From the NCBI GenBank assembly GCA_002376845.1, contig DFOS01000024.1:246532-310531 (forward strand): a stretch of 64,000 bases of DNA. The letters run 5' to 3'. Under the pieces are notes generated by a model. The model had not been told where the DNA came from. It made no database searches and saw nothing but the letters and a program-made list of their open reading frames with translations. The translations under genes were made by a program, and so were the position numbers. The stretch comes from Bdellovibrionaceae bacterium UBA3535 (GTDB lineage Bacteria; Bdellovibrionota; Bdellovibrionia; Bdellovibrionales; UBA840). This document shows positions 9,579-20,336 of the stretch, one piece after another (position 1 is the stretch's first letter; every line of letters starts with the position of its first letter).

Positions 9579-12342
9579 AGAACAAATACTCTGGTTACTT
9601 AAAGATGCAAACGGGAAAATATTCGGTCCCTATGAATATGAAAAACTATTTCAGTTTATAGAAAATGGTATTCTAGGTGGTGAAGAGCAAATTGCCGTAT
9701 ACCCAGATGGTGACTGGCAAGCCATTTCTCGAGACATGCAGCTCAATGAGAAATTACTAGAGCAGTTAGAAAAGCAACTAGAAAAACCTAGTGATGCAGA
9801 AAAAGAAGAAATTCTACAAAAAAGTGAAGTCTTCCAAGAACCGAGTGAAGAGGGTATAGCCGATGAATCTGCACGCGATGTCGGCACCTACATTCAGGCA
9901 GATGAGGATTGGGCAGAAGAGCCAGAAGAGGAGAAGGCCAACACCTCATCTGTATCCGTTTCAACAAGAACCATAGAAGTGAAGCAAAGAGGTTTAGATA
10001 AAAAAAGGTTCGGCCGTTTTTTAATCGTTATTTCCCTTTTAGCAATCGTATTCTTGCATCTTAGTGAAAAAGGCAGCTCTGAAAAGACTTCTTTAATCAT
10101 TGAGCCAAGAAAAACAAAAGAAATTTTGGAGAGCGCACAAGAGCAGCGTTCAAAGCTGATTCAAGCGATTAATTTTTACAAATTTGGAGAAAAGGAAAAC
10201 TATATATCTGCTCGAGATATTTTGGTAAATGCCGTAGAAAAGAACGCAAAAAATACAGATGCCCTGGCCTTACTTTGTCTTGTGTACAAAGAATTGTGGA
10301 GCTTTTCTGATAAAACATCTGCAGATAAATTGGTAATAAGTTCTTTAGTTCAAAGATCTACGCAAGTAGAAACTTTTTCTGCCCCAGCTATAACGTGTAA
10401 AAGTGTGCAGTCTTATTTACTTGGAGACTTTGCTGCAAGCAAACGTTTTACCCAAAGAGTATTAGAAGATGATGTAAATGCTGTTACCTTTTATTTTCTG
10501 TTGGCCGAAGTACATAGAAGCTTAGAGGAGAGGTCCAAAGCAATACAAAATTACCAGCAAGCATATCGCTTTTGGCCAGAATGGTTATTACCAAGAATTC
10601 GAGAAGGACAGATGCGATTACAAATGGGCCAAGTAAGCGAGGCAAGAAAAATTTGGTTACAAGTCTTGCAATCTAGTCGAGATAATGAATCCGCAGCAAT
10701 TTTATTAGCACATACGGACTTGTTTCAATACCAAGACATGTCTTCAGCAAAACATTTTATTAGCGCATTTCGTAAGACTAGCTCTCAAGCTGAGCCATCT
10801 ATAAAGGCCCGGGGCTTTGAAGTCTTAGCCTCTTTAGCAGAGCAAACAAGTGATGATTCCGCTGTAGATTATGCAAAACAAGCCTTACAGTTAGATAGTA
10901 GGTCGCGATATGCAAGGGCAATATTAGAGAATTTGGGTGATGGCGAAGTAATTAGTGTGAAATCTACTGCTGAGGCCTATATTGCTAGCGGTGATTTGCT
11001 TGCAAGCCAGGGTCGCTATGCTGATGCACAAGCGGAGTATAAAACGGCATTTGACCTAGACAATAGCAATTCTATGGCAGCCTTTAAAGCAGCTAGGGCG
11101 CTTTGGAATTTGGATCAACAAACAGAGGCCATAGCCTGGGTAAAAAAAGCCATCAATGTAGATCCGAAAAACTTTGATGCTGCTATATTATTGGCGGAAT
11201 TTTATGGTAAGCGATTTAACTTTCGTGAAGCATCTAAACAATTATTGAGAGCGCAAAAAATCAGTCCAAAAGATTACCGGGTATATTCTACGTACGCAGA
11301 TCTAGAATTTTTACGGCGCAACTATCCGTCGGCCATAAAGAATGCAGAATCCGCATTAAAATTATATGATGCTGATGTAGATTCCCTTTATGTTTTAGTA
11401 AATGCCCATTTGCAACTAGGAAATATTCGAGAGGCGCACTACGCAAGTTCCAAAGCAGTGGAACTAGAGGCAAACAATGCAGAGTCACAAACAAAATATG
11501 CTCTAACCCTATCAAAATTTCAAAGCCCCACGGCTGGCATCAATTATATAAAAAATCTAGTTCATACTTATCCCTCTAATTTGGAATACCGTATGGGGTT
11601 GGCCAAGGTCTATTATGAGAACGATAAATTTTCAGAAGCACTAGCTGTACTACAGCAAATTGAAAAATTGGTTAAAGATAAAAAGCCTTTGTATTTACTT
11701 ATGTCACAGATATATGAAGGTATGAATGATTATGAAAACTCACTAAAGTCACTTTTATCCACTGCTCAGCAAAGTCCTTCCGATCCTAAAATTTATTTTA
11801 AAATTGGTGTTTTGCAATATAGAGCTAAAAAGTATCAAAATGCTTTGGAGCAGTTTCTAATGACCAAGCAATTAAATGAAAATTACCCAACATTATATAC
11901 CCGCATCGGAGAGAGCTACTTAAAGCTGGGGCAATATGATAAGGCTATGCAAGCGGCACAAAAAGAAATTCGTAGAAACCCTAAATTGGCAGATGGCTAC
12001 TTGCTTGCAGGGGAAATTTATTTATCTAATGGTCACTATTCAAAAGCTGCAGGGCAATTTCAGAGAGTGATACAAATTAATCCAAACTCTGCCTACCTTT
12101 ACATAAAAATTGCTAGAGCACATCGTCTTGCCGGAAATTACGACTTGGCCAAGTCCATGTTGGCTGTTGCAGGAGAGAAAGAATCGGGCAATGCCGAAAT
12201 CTATAAAGAAACAGGGGCCTTGCTACAAGATACGGGTAACACGCTGGAGGCGATTAGTTCCTATAAAAAATATTTAAAATTGAGTCCAAATGCAGGCGAC
12301 AGAGAAGAAATAAAGAGTATAATAAGATCGTTAGGGGGCTAA
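9571..12342 (+). CDS. Membrane-anchored TPR repeat protein with N-terminal GYF-like domain
   Basis: N-terminal W..KDANGKIFGPYEYEKL...YPDGDWQAI resembles GYF_2/DUF4339. One TM helix (FLIVISLLAIVFL). About 700 aa of TPR-like repeats. Confidence 0.7.
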   Translation: MVEEQILWLLKDANGKIFGPYEYEKLFQFIENGILGGEEQIAVYPDGDWQAISRDMQLNEKLLEQLEKQLEKPSDAEKEEILQKSEVFQEPSEEGIADESARDVGTYIQADEDWAEEPEEEKANTSSVSVSTRTIEVKQRGLDKKRFGRFLIVISLLAIVFLHLSEKGSSEKTSLIIEPRKTKEILESAQEQRSKLIQAINFYKFGEKENYISARDILVNAVEKNAKNTDALALLCLVYKELWSFSDKTSADKLVISSLVQRSTQVETFSAPAITCKSVQSYLLGDFAASKRFTQRVLEDDVNAVTFYFLLAEVHRSLEERSKAIQNYQQAYRFWPEWLLPRIREGQMRLQMGQVSEARKIWLQVLQSSRDNESAAILLAHTDLFQYQDMSSAKHFISAFRKTSSQAEPSIKARGFEVLASLAEQTSDDSAVDYAKQALQLDSRSRYARAILENLGDGEVISVKSTAEAYIASGDLLASQGRYADAQAEYKTAFDLDNSNSMAAFKAARALWNLDQQTEAIAWVKKAINVDPKNFDAAILLAEFYGKRFNFREASKQLLRAQKISPKDYRVYSTYADLEFLRRNYPSAIKNAESALKLYDADVDSLYVLVNAHLQLGNIREAHYASSKAVELEANNAESQTKYALTLSKFQSPTAGINYIKNLVHTYPSNLEYRMGLAKVYYENDKFSEALAVLQQIEKLVKDKKPLYLLMSQIYEGMNDYENSLKSLLSTAQQSPSDPKIYFKIGVLQYRAKKYQNALEQFLMTKQLNENYPTLYTRIGESYLKLGQYDKAMQAAQKEIRRNPKLADGYLLAGEIYLSNGHYSKAAGQFQRVIQINPNSAYLYIKIARAHRLAGNYDLAKSMLAVAGEKESGNAEIYKETGALLQDTGNTLEAISSYKKYLKLSPNAGDREEIKSIIRSLGG

Positions 12343-12636
12343 ATGGGAATCTTAGCAGATACACAACAAGGCATTAGAAAGGGCACATCCAGTTTTAGCC
12401 TTTTGTTGTTGCGCTTAGTATCAGCAACTGTGGTTGGCTACACGATTGCTTTAATTGGTAAGGGGCTTATGTTCTACGAATCGCTTGCTTTTTGGTTCGT
12501 GTTTTTTGTTTGCGTAGGTCTTTTTATGCGAGCCACAAAAAAGTGGGCCTTTGTTGGTGTAATTGTTTTAGACCTAGTTCTTTTTCTTATAGGCCTACTA
12601 CTTAGAATGTATGTACTGGTTGCTCCAGGGGCTTAA
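12343..12636 (+). CDS. Small integral membrane protein (3 predicted TM helices)
   Basis: The ATG directly follows the upstream TAA. Hydrophobic segments run throughout. Confidence 0.5.
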   Translation: MGILADTQQGIRKGTSSFSLLLLRLVSATVVGYTIALIGKGLMFYESLAFWFVFFVCVGLFMRATKKWAFVGVIVLDLVLFLIGLLLRMYVLVAPGA

Positions 12637-12665
12637 TTCGTTTATACCGAGCTTAGGGAGTTGCA

Positions 12666-13943
12666 ATGCTTGACATAAAATTGGTCGAAAAAGAGCCAGA
12701 GCGTTTTAAGAAATATTTAGAATTACGTAATGACAATCCCCATGCGATAGATCGCTTATTGGATCTAAATCAAACTCGCAAAGATGCACAAGCCATTGCA
12801 GAAGAAAAAAAATCCATTCTTAATTCTGTATCAAAAGAAATCCCCAAATTAAAAAAAGCAGGGGAAAACGTAGACGATAAAATCAAGGAAATGCGGGATC
12901 TAGGCCAGGAGATTAAAGACTTACAAGAACAAGCTCAGCAAGCCATTGACGCTTTTGAAAACGCATTGCTAATGATTCCCAATATTTTGCATGATTCTGT
13001 GCCTCCAGGAAAATCGGAGGAAGAAAATCAAATAGTTCGCAGTGTAGGAGAAAAAACACAATTGGCCTTTGAGGCCAAAAGCCATGATGATTTAGGAGTT
13101 GAGCTAGGCCTGCTTGATTTTGAAAGGGCTGCCAAAATTACTGGGGCCCGCTTTTGTGTACTTCGCAAGTGGGCGGCTAGAATGGAGCGTGCTCTAATCA
13201 ATTTCATGTTAGATTTGCATACAGAAAAGCATGGCTACGAAGAAATGATCCCGCCATTTATGGTAAACGGTAATAGCATGCAGGGAACTGGCCAGTTTCC
13301 TAAGTTTAGAGAAGATGTATTTCATTTAGAGTCTTATCCGTATCATTTAATCCCCACCGCCGAAGTTCCGGTTACGAATTACTATGCCGGCGAGATTCTA
13401 GATGTGGATATGTTGCCACAAAAATTTAGCGCCTACACCCCATGCTTTCGTTCAGAGGCCGGCTCTCATGGAAAAGATACCAAGGGGCTAATTCGACAGC
13501 ATCAGTTTAATAAGGTAGAGCTAGTGCAATTTGTGCATCCAGATAAATCCTATGAGGCCCATGAGGCACTCACTTCCCATGCAGAAGAGGTTTTAAAACA
13601 ATTGGAATTATCGTATCAGGTGGTTAGTCTATGTTCTGGTGACATCTCCTTTGGTGCGGCCAAATGTTATGACATCAATGTATGGCTTCCAGGCCAGCAG
13701 GCCTATAGAGAAATATCCTCTTGTTCTAATTTTGAAGACTTTCAAGCTAGAAGAGCCAACATACGATTTCGTGAAAAGGGCGGCAAGCCGCAGTTTGTTC
13801 ACACACTTAATGGATCTGGTTTGGCCGTTGGTAGAACATTGATTGCTATATTTGAAAATTATCAACAAGAAGATGGCAGCATACTAATCCCCAAAGCATT
13901 GCAAGTCCATATGAAAGGCGTAAAGGTAATTCCTAAAGACTAA
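12666..13943 (+). CDS. serS: Serine--tRNA ligase
   Basis: Coiled-coil N-arm plus class II core ([33 protein letters not shown]). Confidence 0.93.
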   Translation: MLDIKLVEKEPERFKKYLELRNDNPHAIDRLLDLNQTRKDAQAIAEEKKSILNSVSKEIPKLKKAGENVDDKIKEMRDLGQEIKDLQEQAQQAIDAFENALLMIPNILHDSVPPGKSEEENQIVRSVGEKTQLAFEAKSHDDLGVELGLLDFERAAKITGARFCVLRKWAARMERALINFMLDLHTEKHGYEEMIPPFMVNGNSMQGTGQFPKFREDVFHLESYPYHLIPTAEVPVTNYYAGEILDVDMLPQKFSAYTPCFRSEAGSHGKDTKGLIRQHQFNKVELVQFVHPDKSYEAHEALTSHAEEVLKQLELSYQVVSLCSGDISFGAAKCYDINVWLPGQQAYREISSCSNFEDFQARRANIRFREKGGKPQFVHTLNGSGLAVGRTLIAIFENYQQEDGSILIPKALQVHMKGVKVIPKD

Positions 13944-14025
13944 GGTCTAGTTACAAAATTCTCCATATATAGACTCAATCTTATTCTGCAAGAGCCGATA
14001 AATTTTTTAGATTCGGGAGGCAGAT

Positions 14026-15126
14026 TTGAAGCGTTGGGTAAAAAAATTCATTGATCAGTTTGAAACGGAAGGCTCTAACAGACAAGAATATACAACAGAA
14101 CAAAAAGAGATCAATGAGGAGCAGGCCACGGTCCTTTTTGTTATGGACACGCTTTCTAAGTACCTACTAGATTTTGAATCCTATCCTACACGCAAGGCTA
14201 GAGGCCAAATTGATGAGATGGCACAAGAGATCATCAAGCAAAACCCGCAGACTCTGGAAAAGGCATTCTTTCGTTTTCGCCAGTTCTACTCAAGTTACCG
14301 TGTTAATGAGTATACTTATATACAAAAGACCTTTGATGATTTTCGCAATATCATTTGGGATTTTGTGGAGCAATTGCATGGTGATTACGAGGCGGATGCT
14401 TGTGAGGCAGAACTAAAGCAGCATTTTAATGATTTAAAAGAGGCTGTGGAGGCTAATTCCATAGATGATTTAAAATCCACCTCGCGGCAGTTTATTGATA
14501 CCTATATTGAATATCAGTTTAATAAGGATAAACGAAAATCAGAAAATATTCGTGTGTTTCAAAAGAATTTAAAAACTATTAAAAAGCAATTAAATGAAGC
14601 GCAACTTAGCATGCGACTAGATCATTTAACAAAGGCCTATAATCGCAAGAGTTTTGATGAACATATACAAAAGCATATGCAGTTATCGCAAGTGAGTGGC
14701 GATCCTGCCTGCCTGGTTATGTTAGATATAGATCACTTTAAAAAGGTAAATGATAATTATGGGCACCAAACGGGCGATGCGATCTTGATTGAGTGTGTGA
14801 AGCTCTTAAAAGAGAGTTTTGGCCGGGACCAGGATTTTGTGGCTAGAGTAGGCGGCGAAGAATTTGCTGTGGTCATGTCAGACACAAATGTTAGTGCTGC
14901 CATTGATATTGTTGAGGCAGCGATGGATAAAATTCGAGAAACTGTATATGTAGAAGATAATCATAAAATTCAATTCACAATTTCTGTAGGCATTGCTCAA
15001 CTAAAGAAAAATGAAAATGTTGATGAATGGTTAAAGCGAGCAGACGAAGCGCTTTATCATTCAAAAAATACCGGGCGGGATCGCTATACGGTATCAGGTG
15101 CCGAGAAGATTGGAAAAGTTAGCTAG
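14026..15126 (+). CDS. Diguanylate cyclase (GGDEF) with coiled-coil N-terminal region
   Basis: GGEEF active site with an RDQD I-site 5 residues upstream. TTG start after GGGAGG. Confidence 0.85.
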   Translation: MKRWVKKFIDQFETEGSNRQEYTTEQKEINEEQATVLFVMDTLSKYLLDFESYPTRKARGQIDEMAQEIIKQNPQTLEKAFFRFRQFYSSYRVNEYTYIQKTFDDFRNIIWDFVEQLHGDYEADACEAELKQHFNDLKEAVEANSIDDLKSTSRQFIDTYIEYQFNKDKRKSENIRVFQKNLKTIKKQLNEAQLSMRLDHLTKAYNRKSFDEHIQKHMQLSQVSGDPACLVMLDIDHFKKVNDNYGHQTGDAILIECVKLLKESFGRDQDFVARVGGEEFAVVMSDTNVSAAIDIVEAAMDKIRETVYVEDNHKIQFTISVGIAQLKKNENVDEWLKRADEALYHSKNTGRDRYTVSGAEKIGKVS

Positions 15127-16565
15127 GCGCATAGCTGGCTTTGCTTCTTATTTCTAATAAAATAGATACTTTTATTATTTGTAGATAATATTTTCTTATT
15201 ATATGGAGAAAATTTTAAATCTTTATAATAATTATTTGAATCAATGATTAAGACTTCTGACGCTTCTTTTAATGTTATGTTTACATCTCTATCTTTGTCG
15301 CCAACGAAAAGGTAAATCACATGTGGGGCTCCCTTTTGGCAGAAAGCATACAGACCTTCTGTTTCCATCCCTGTCTTTAGTACTTTGTTTGATATTAAAT
15401 TCTTCCAGGTTAAGGCGATATAATAATCTGGATTTTTTTGCATAGTATTGTCATTTAATAATCCATAGTCCGAACCAGATAGCGTTTGCCGTATAAGTAC
15501 TTTGTTTTGATTGAATGCTGCATAAGCAAGATGATTGGCAAACCAAAGTGCAGAGTAAAAATGATCACTAACACCCGGTTCACCTCCACATTGTGCCGGT
15601 CCCGTTTCCGTTAACCAAATTTCTTGGATATTATTATTTTTTGCAATTTTATGTACTTTGTTTTGCGCTTTATCAATCTTCATCCACACATTTCTTGAGG
15701 CCATATTTTTTTGGTTCGCAGCAACAAGTTGTACGGGACATCGCTGAGATTGGCTAGGATAATAATGCCAAGAAAGCACTTCTAAATCGGCCTGAAGTTT
15801 CTCAGCGATTTTTTCTGTGCTTGCAGTAAAAAAAGCAAATGGTTCATTAATGTATGGCCACCAGGCATTTGCTGGTCCCATTACTTTTGCTTTAGGGTAA
15901 TAGCTTTTGATTCGTTGTTTTAATTCTAAATACTCTTTGACATATTGCTTGGCAAAAATTTGTCCTGACCAACCATAATTCAAAAAGAAAGCATTAATCT
16001 CATTACCAATTTCAAAGTAGTCAATTTGATAGCCTTTTTCTGAGCTGGATTTAAGAAAGTCTTCAATAGGCTTTATATTAAGTTTTTTTTCTTTATCTCG
16101 ATATCCTGGGCCAACATTTAGGACCATAAGTATTTTCATGTCCATTTTCTTTTTATATGCAAAAATATCGTCCCAAATTTTTTTGCTCAGCCGCGTTTGA
16201 AATCCTTTTGGGAGGGGTTCATCTTTGTATTGGTCGTTAATATCATAAAATAGTGAATCAGATTCACTGCCTCCTAGACGCAAAATAAATGGTTGTAAAT
16301 TTTTTGATAGTTCAATGAATTTAGGGCGATCAAATACAAAGGGTATAGCTCGGATGCCGCCTCGCCCAGCAGCAAAATCCATACTGCCTTCCCACCACTT
16401 GCCTCCAGCTATTTGCGCCCAATCTAAAGCAAATGAAAGGTAATACTTTGAGGTTTCAAAATGAATTTCTTCACTATGTTTCAGCTCTAAATTGAGCGAT
16501 CTTTCTGGTTTTGTACAAGAAAGAATTCCTAGCAAGCAAAGTAAAGAGCAGACTATTTTATGCAT
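15123..16565 (-). CDS. Lipoprotein glycoside hydrolase, clan GH-A (GH79/heparanase-like impression)
   Basis: Lipobox LGILSC. FEIGNEINAF (acid/base NE) and LWLTETGPAQCGG (nucleophile E) have the spacing of (beta/alpha)8 retaining glycosidases. The family assignment is from memory only. Confidence 0.6.
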   Translation of the reverse strand: MHKIVCSLLCLLGILSCTKPERSLNLELKHSEEIHFETSKYYLSFALDWAQIAGGKWWEGSMDFAAGRGGIRAIPFVFDRPKFIELSKNLQPFILRLGGSESDSLFYDINDQYKDEPLPKGFQTRLSKKIWDDIFAYKKKMDMKILMVLNVGPGYRDKEKKLNIKPIEDFLKSSSEKGYQIDYFEIGNEINAFFLNYGWSGQIFAKQYVKEYLELKQRIKSYYPKAKVMGPANAWWPYINEPFAFFTASTEKIAEKLQADLEVLSWHYYPSQSQRCPVQLVAANQKNMASRNVWMKIDKAQNKVHKIAKNNNIQEIWLTETGPAQCGGEPGVSDHFYSALWFANHLAYAAFNQNKVLIRQTLSGSDYGLLNDNTMQKNPDYYIALTWKNLISNKVLKTGMETEGLYAFCQKGAPHVIYLFVGDKDRDVNITLKEASEVLIIDSNNYYKDLKFSPYNKKILSTNNKSIYFIRNKKQSQLCA

Positions 16566-16814
16566 TGGAATAAGGACTTAGCATATATTTGTTGTGGCGA
16601 GCAATACTTTGCTCGTGTCCATATCTTTTACAGAGCCCGTTTTTTTAGTCATCTGCAAAGGTTCTAGTCAAAATCAAAGGCATCTGACTTGGTATCGTCC
16701 TTGCAGCTTGTATAAATGTACTATACCCAAACATTCAGTTGTCTCAAACTGAAACACTTTAAAGGGGTAAAAGTGCGTATCTTCACGTAAATTTTTTTTT
16801 GCGCTGGAGGTACT

Positions 16815-17711
16815 ATGAGAGTCTTTTTTACCATTTTTTCCATAATATTAATATCTAACACTCTTTATGCTCGGGGCCCACTGGGCATAGCAAATATAGC
16901 CAAATCTGTTGAGGCTTTAAAAAGTGTAGATTTGTCCAAATCAAAGCCACTTGTGATAGCGGTAATTGATACCGGAATCGACAAAGAGCATCCCGATTTA
17001 AAAACGCACTTGTGGAAAAACCCGGGAGAAATGGGGATAGATAAAAACGGCAACGATAAATCCTCCAATGGCATAGATGATGACGAAAATGGCTATATAG
17101 ATGATCTTCATGGATGGAATTTCATTGAGGGCAACCACAACTTAAGTGATCGTCATGGACATGGCTCACACGTAGCAGGAATTGTTTTAGGAAAATCAAA
17201 ACCAGCATATTTACAAGGAACAAATTTACCGATTCAGATAATGGTTTTAAAGTACTTTGATCCGGAGATGGATTTTTCAAAGGTAGTGGACTATACAACT
17301 GAGGCCATTCGTTATGCTGTTGCAAATGGTGCAGATATCATTAACTACTCCAGTGGAGGTGATGCCTACTCCTTTTTAGAAAGAGCCGCCATTCAGCAAG
17401 CAAAAGATAAAGGTATTTACTTTATCACCGCGGCTGGCAATGAAGGGCGTAATATTGATAAGCGTTCTTATTATCCTGCCTCCTATGATTTGGACAATAT
17501 TATTAGTGTGAGTGCCGTAGATGAAAAGCAGCAAAAAGTAAAATCTAGTAATTACGGGTCAAGCGTAACCACCGCTGCGCCAGGAAAAGATATTTACTCG
17601 ACTACTATCAAAGGCAAGTATGCAAAGATGACCGGAACTTCGCAGGCCACCGCATTTGTTGCAAGAAAAGTGGCGGCCTTTAAGCTTTTAGTGAATCATC
17701 AAGATAAATGA
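16815..17711 (+). CDS. Secreted S8 (subtilisin-family) serine peptidase
   Basis: Catalytic triad contexts VAVIDTGID, HGHGSHVAG and MTGTSQATAFV. Signal peptide present. Confidence 0.88.
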   Translation: MRVFFTIFSIILISNTLYARGPLGIANIAKSVEALKSVDLSKSKPLVIAVIDTGIDKEHPDLKTHLWKNPGEMGIDKNGNDKSSNGIDDDENGYIDDLHGWNFIEGNHNLSDRHGHGSHVAGIVLGKSKPAYLQGTNLPIQIMVLKYFDPEMDFSKVVDYTTEAIRYAVANGADIINYSSGGDAYSFLERAAIQQAKDKGIYFITAAGNEGRNIDKRSYYPASYDLDNIISVSAVDEKQQKVKSSNYGSSVTTAAPGKDIYSTTIKGKYAKMTGTSQATAFVARKVAAFKLLVNHQDK

Positions 17712-19177
17712 GAAGGGGCTAGATCCCTTGGGTCGGCCACTTCTTGATCTTTTATTAAATCCTCTTCACCTTCGCCATGTATATAAGTTTTCTCTTTATA
17801 ATTTTTGGATACAAAAATATAAATCGTCGCTACAACCAACATGGTAATGGTAAAAAACCAATAATACTCAGGCCCAGTAAGCTTAGATGTACCATCGGGG
17901 TTTTGAATAAAAAAGTTAACCGCCGCTGTAAATGCATTTCCTAGCGAAACTGAACAAAGAAAGATGGCCATGATAATGGATTTCATGGTGTGCGGTGCCT
18001 GTGTGTAGGAAAATTCTAAGGCAGTAATGGAAACCATGACTTCGCCAGCAGTAATTAGGGCAAATGCTGCTAGTTGCCAGCCAATAGAGGGAACCATTCC
18101 CTGCTCAATCAGACCTTCAGCAAAAGCGGTTGTAGCAAAGGCAGAGGCCGTAATAAAAAATCCGATACCAATTTTTCGCAGCGGATTGAGAGTAAAAACT
18201 CGGTTGATGGCCGGATATACGAAGTATGTAAAAAGCGGAATGTATAGTAAAATTAGCAGAGGGTTGATGGCTTGTACTTGTGAGGGTAGAATCTCGTAAT
18301 TAAAAATAAAACGATCCATATTTTCTGCTTGCAAGACCCAAGCACTGCCTGTTTGGTCGTAAAGTGCCCAAAAAAAGGCGACAAAAATATAAATCACGGA
18401 AAGTTTTAATATTGCTTGCAGGCCTTCGCCGCTAAAGGCTTGTTTTACAAATTTTTTGCCCGCGGGAGGTATATGAATAAAAGATTTTCTTCCCATCCAA
18501 AACACCCAAGTGGCCAATATCATTAAGGCCCCAGGGATGCCAAAGGCTACACTAGGACCATAGACCTCCAGAAGCCAGGGGGTTGCTAACGTAGAGGCAA
18601 AAGCACCCAGATTGATGGAGAAATAAAACCAACCAAAAATGCGGCTCAGTAAATGTTTGTTCTTCGGACCAAACTGATCGCCTACATGGGCCGAAACGCA
18701 GGGCTTGATACCGCCAGAGCCGATAGCAATTAGTGCTAAGCCAATTCCTAGGCCAAGGCGTGTTTCATCCATTGCGAGTGCAATATGTCCCATACAGTAG
18801 ACAAGAGATAGGGTAATAATGGTTTTGTATTTCCCCCAAAAAATATCGGACAATAGAGCGCCAAATATAGGCGCAAAATAAACGGCAGAAGACCATGTGT
18901 GATACCAAGCCTTTGCCTCATCAGGGCTCATGGGGTCGACGTTCCCAGAAGAGTTCATCAAATACTTTGTCATGAAGATAACAAGGATGGTGCGCATCCC
19001 ATAGTAAGAGAAGCGTTCTGCCGCCTCGTTACTAATAATATAGGGTATGCCGCCAGGCATACCCGACGTAGTTGTCGGTTGCTCTTTGTATTTTGCCACT
19101 AATCCCCCCCAGGATTTGATTTGCATTAGGGATACATAAAAGAAATTAGGCTGGCAACGGCAAGGTCGTTTTGGCAC
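17699..19177 (-). CDS. POT/PTR2 family di-/tripeptide:proton symporter
   Basis: ERFSYYGMR signature and ~14 TM helices. The true start is probably an internal Met (19126 or 19060) rather than 19177. Confidence 0.85.
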   Translation of the reverse strand: MPKRPCRCQPNFFYVSLMQIKSWGGLVAKYKEQPTTTSGMPGGIPYIISNEAAERFSYYGMRTILVIFMTKYLMNSSGNVDPMSPDEAKAWYHTWSSAVYFAPIFGALLSDIFWGKYKTIITLSLVYCMGHIALAMDETRLGLGIGLALIAIGSGGIKPCVSAHVGDQFGPKNKHLLSRIFGWFYFSINLGAFASTLATPWLLEVYGPSVAFGIPGALMILATWVFWMGRKSFIHIPPAGKKFVKQAFSGEGLQAILKLSVIYIFVAFFWALYDQTGSAWVLQAENMDRFIFNYEILPSQVQAINPLLILLYIPLFTYFVYPAINRVFTLNPLRKIGIGFFITASAFATTAFAEGLIEQGMVPSIGWQLAAFALITAGEVMVSITALEFSYTQAPHTMKSIIMAIFLCSVSLGNAFTAAVNFFIQNPDGTSKLTGPEYYWFFTITMLVVATIYIFVSKNYKEKTYIHGEGEEDLIKDQEVADPRDLAPSHLS

Positions 19178-19429
19178 CGGAATTTTTGGTTTCTTGATAT
19201 TTTGCTACAGGCTCAATAAGGGGGGACGGGGTGAGCTGGTAAATATTGGGCTTACAAGTGTTTAAAAATTTTAGATTCATTAAGTTTTTTCAAAAAATCG
19301 CAATAATATCAATTCCGACAATAAACTTTGATATATATAACGCGATCTAAGGGAAACTATAGCAACAAGGTACACAGTATATTTCCTTAGGCGAATGCCG
19401 AGATTGTTTTACAATAGGGAGAGTCTTAA

Positions 19430-20017
19430 ATGTTAAAACTTATGATAATTGGTTTTTTGCTTACTAGTAGTATTGCTAGTGCCAATTCTCTTATTCAACA
19501 ACTGGTTGATAGGGGGATCCATAATATAGACTCAAGCGAAGTAGGTGAATACCAAAAAGCGATAAGAAAGGCGGGAGAGGCGGGAATCTCCGATAGAGTA
19601 AAGAAGCAGCTCATTTCTATTATTGAAGCAAATGTAGATAGTAAATATTTAAGAGATAGGCAAATGGGTGAAATCCATACTGCGGATGCAATATTGATTT
19701 ATGTCGCTTTTGAATTAGCAAGGCTTGGCGAGCCAGTATTTCTTTATGAATGGAAAGATGACAATCGTCATAGCAGAGTCGTAAAAGTGCTTATGCTTGC
19801 AAGACAATCTCGAATGGATTTGTGGCGTGGAAAGGCTTTTGAGGGATATACTATGCTGGTATCTGCCACCGAGCACACAGCGAATCAATTAAGGCCAGTA
19901 GAAAAACAAATGATTAAATTGGATATTCAGAATGCTTACCCATCACGTGATATAGCTGTCAGAAGATTTGAGCTGGAAAAAATGGCTCAAGCCCTTGTCG
20001 CCATTGAGAATATCTAA
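19430..20017 (+). CDS. Hypothetical secreted protein
   Basis: Signal peptide (LLTSSIASA) after GGGAGAG. No motif recognised. Confidence 0.5.
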   Translation: MLKLMIIGFLLTSSIASANSLIQQLVDRGIHNIDSSEVGEYQKAIRKAGEAGISDRVKKQLISIIEANVDSKYLRDRQMGEIHTADAILIYVAFELARLGEPVFLYEWKDDNRHSRVVKVLMLARQSRMDLWRGKAFEGYTMLVSATEHTANQLRPVEKQMIKLDIQNAYPSRDIAVRRFELEKMAQALVAIENI

Positions 20018-20023
20018 TTTGCT

Positions 20024-20199
20024 AAAATAAAAAACCGCCAACACCTTTGGTGCTGCCGGTATTTTTAGTGGCGGAGGGGGTGAGATTGTTTCGGGCTCCT
20101 GCCCTCAACCCTTCGCAAAGCTCAGGGCTCCTCCGGAGCTTAAAAACACCATCCTGGTATTTTGATCGAACTCCGTGCATTGTTCCAATGCTAACCCAC
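20024..20199 (-). other. Duplicated tRNA-Ser(UGA) terminator plus last 19 nt of the tRNA, with a ~112-nt non-coding insert (divergent member of the tRNA-3'-end-linked element family)
   Basis: 20024-20087 repeats 20200-20265, with one substitution and a 2-A indel. The repeat covers the terminator hairpin and TGGCGGAGGGGGTGAGATT. ORF-track peptides MVLPVFLVAEGVR / MVLPVFLMAEGVR mirror the duplication. Confidence 0.6.
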
Positions 20200-20246
20200 A
20201 AAATAAAAAAAACCGCCAACACCTTTGGTGCTGCCGGTATTTTTAA

Positions 20247-20336
20247 TGGCGGAGGGGGTGAGATTCGAACTCACGAAGGGCGTGAACCCTTGCCAGTTTT
20301 CAAGACTGGTGCATTCAACCACTCTGCCACCCCTCC
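20247..20336 (-). tRNA. tRNA-Ser (anticodon UGA), CCA encoded
   Basis: Hand-folded. Acceptor GGAGGGG/CCCCUCC. Anticodon arm CCAGU-CUUGAAA-ACUGG. Long variable arm. T arm GUGAG-UUCGAAU-CUCAC. Confidence 0.9.

Noticed and set aside
19104-19110. C7/G7 homopolymer near the 5' end of the POT transporter ORF as a phase-variation switch
   Set aside because: Seven bases is short for slippage. The tract may lie upstream of the real start codon. There is no supporting evidence.
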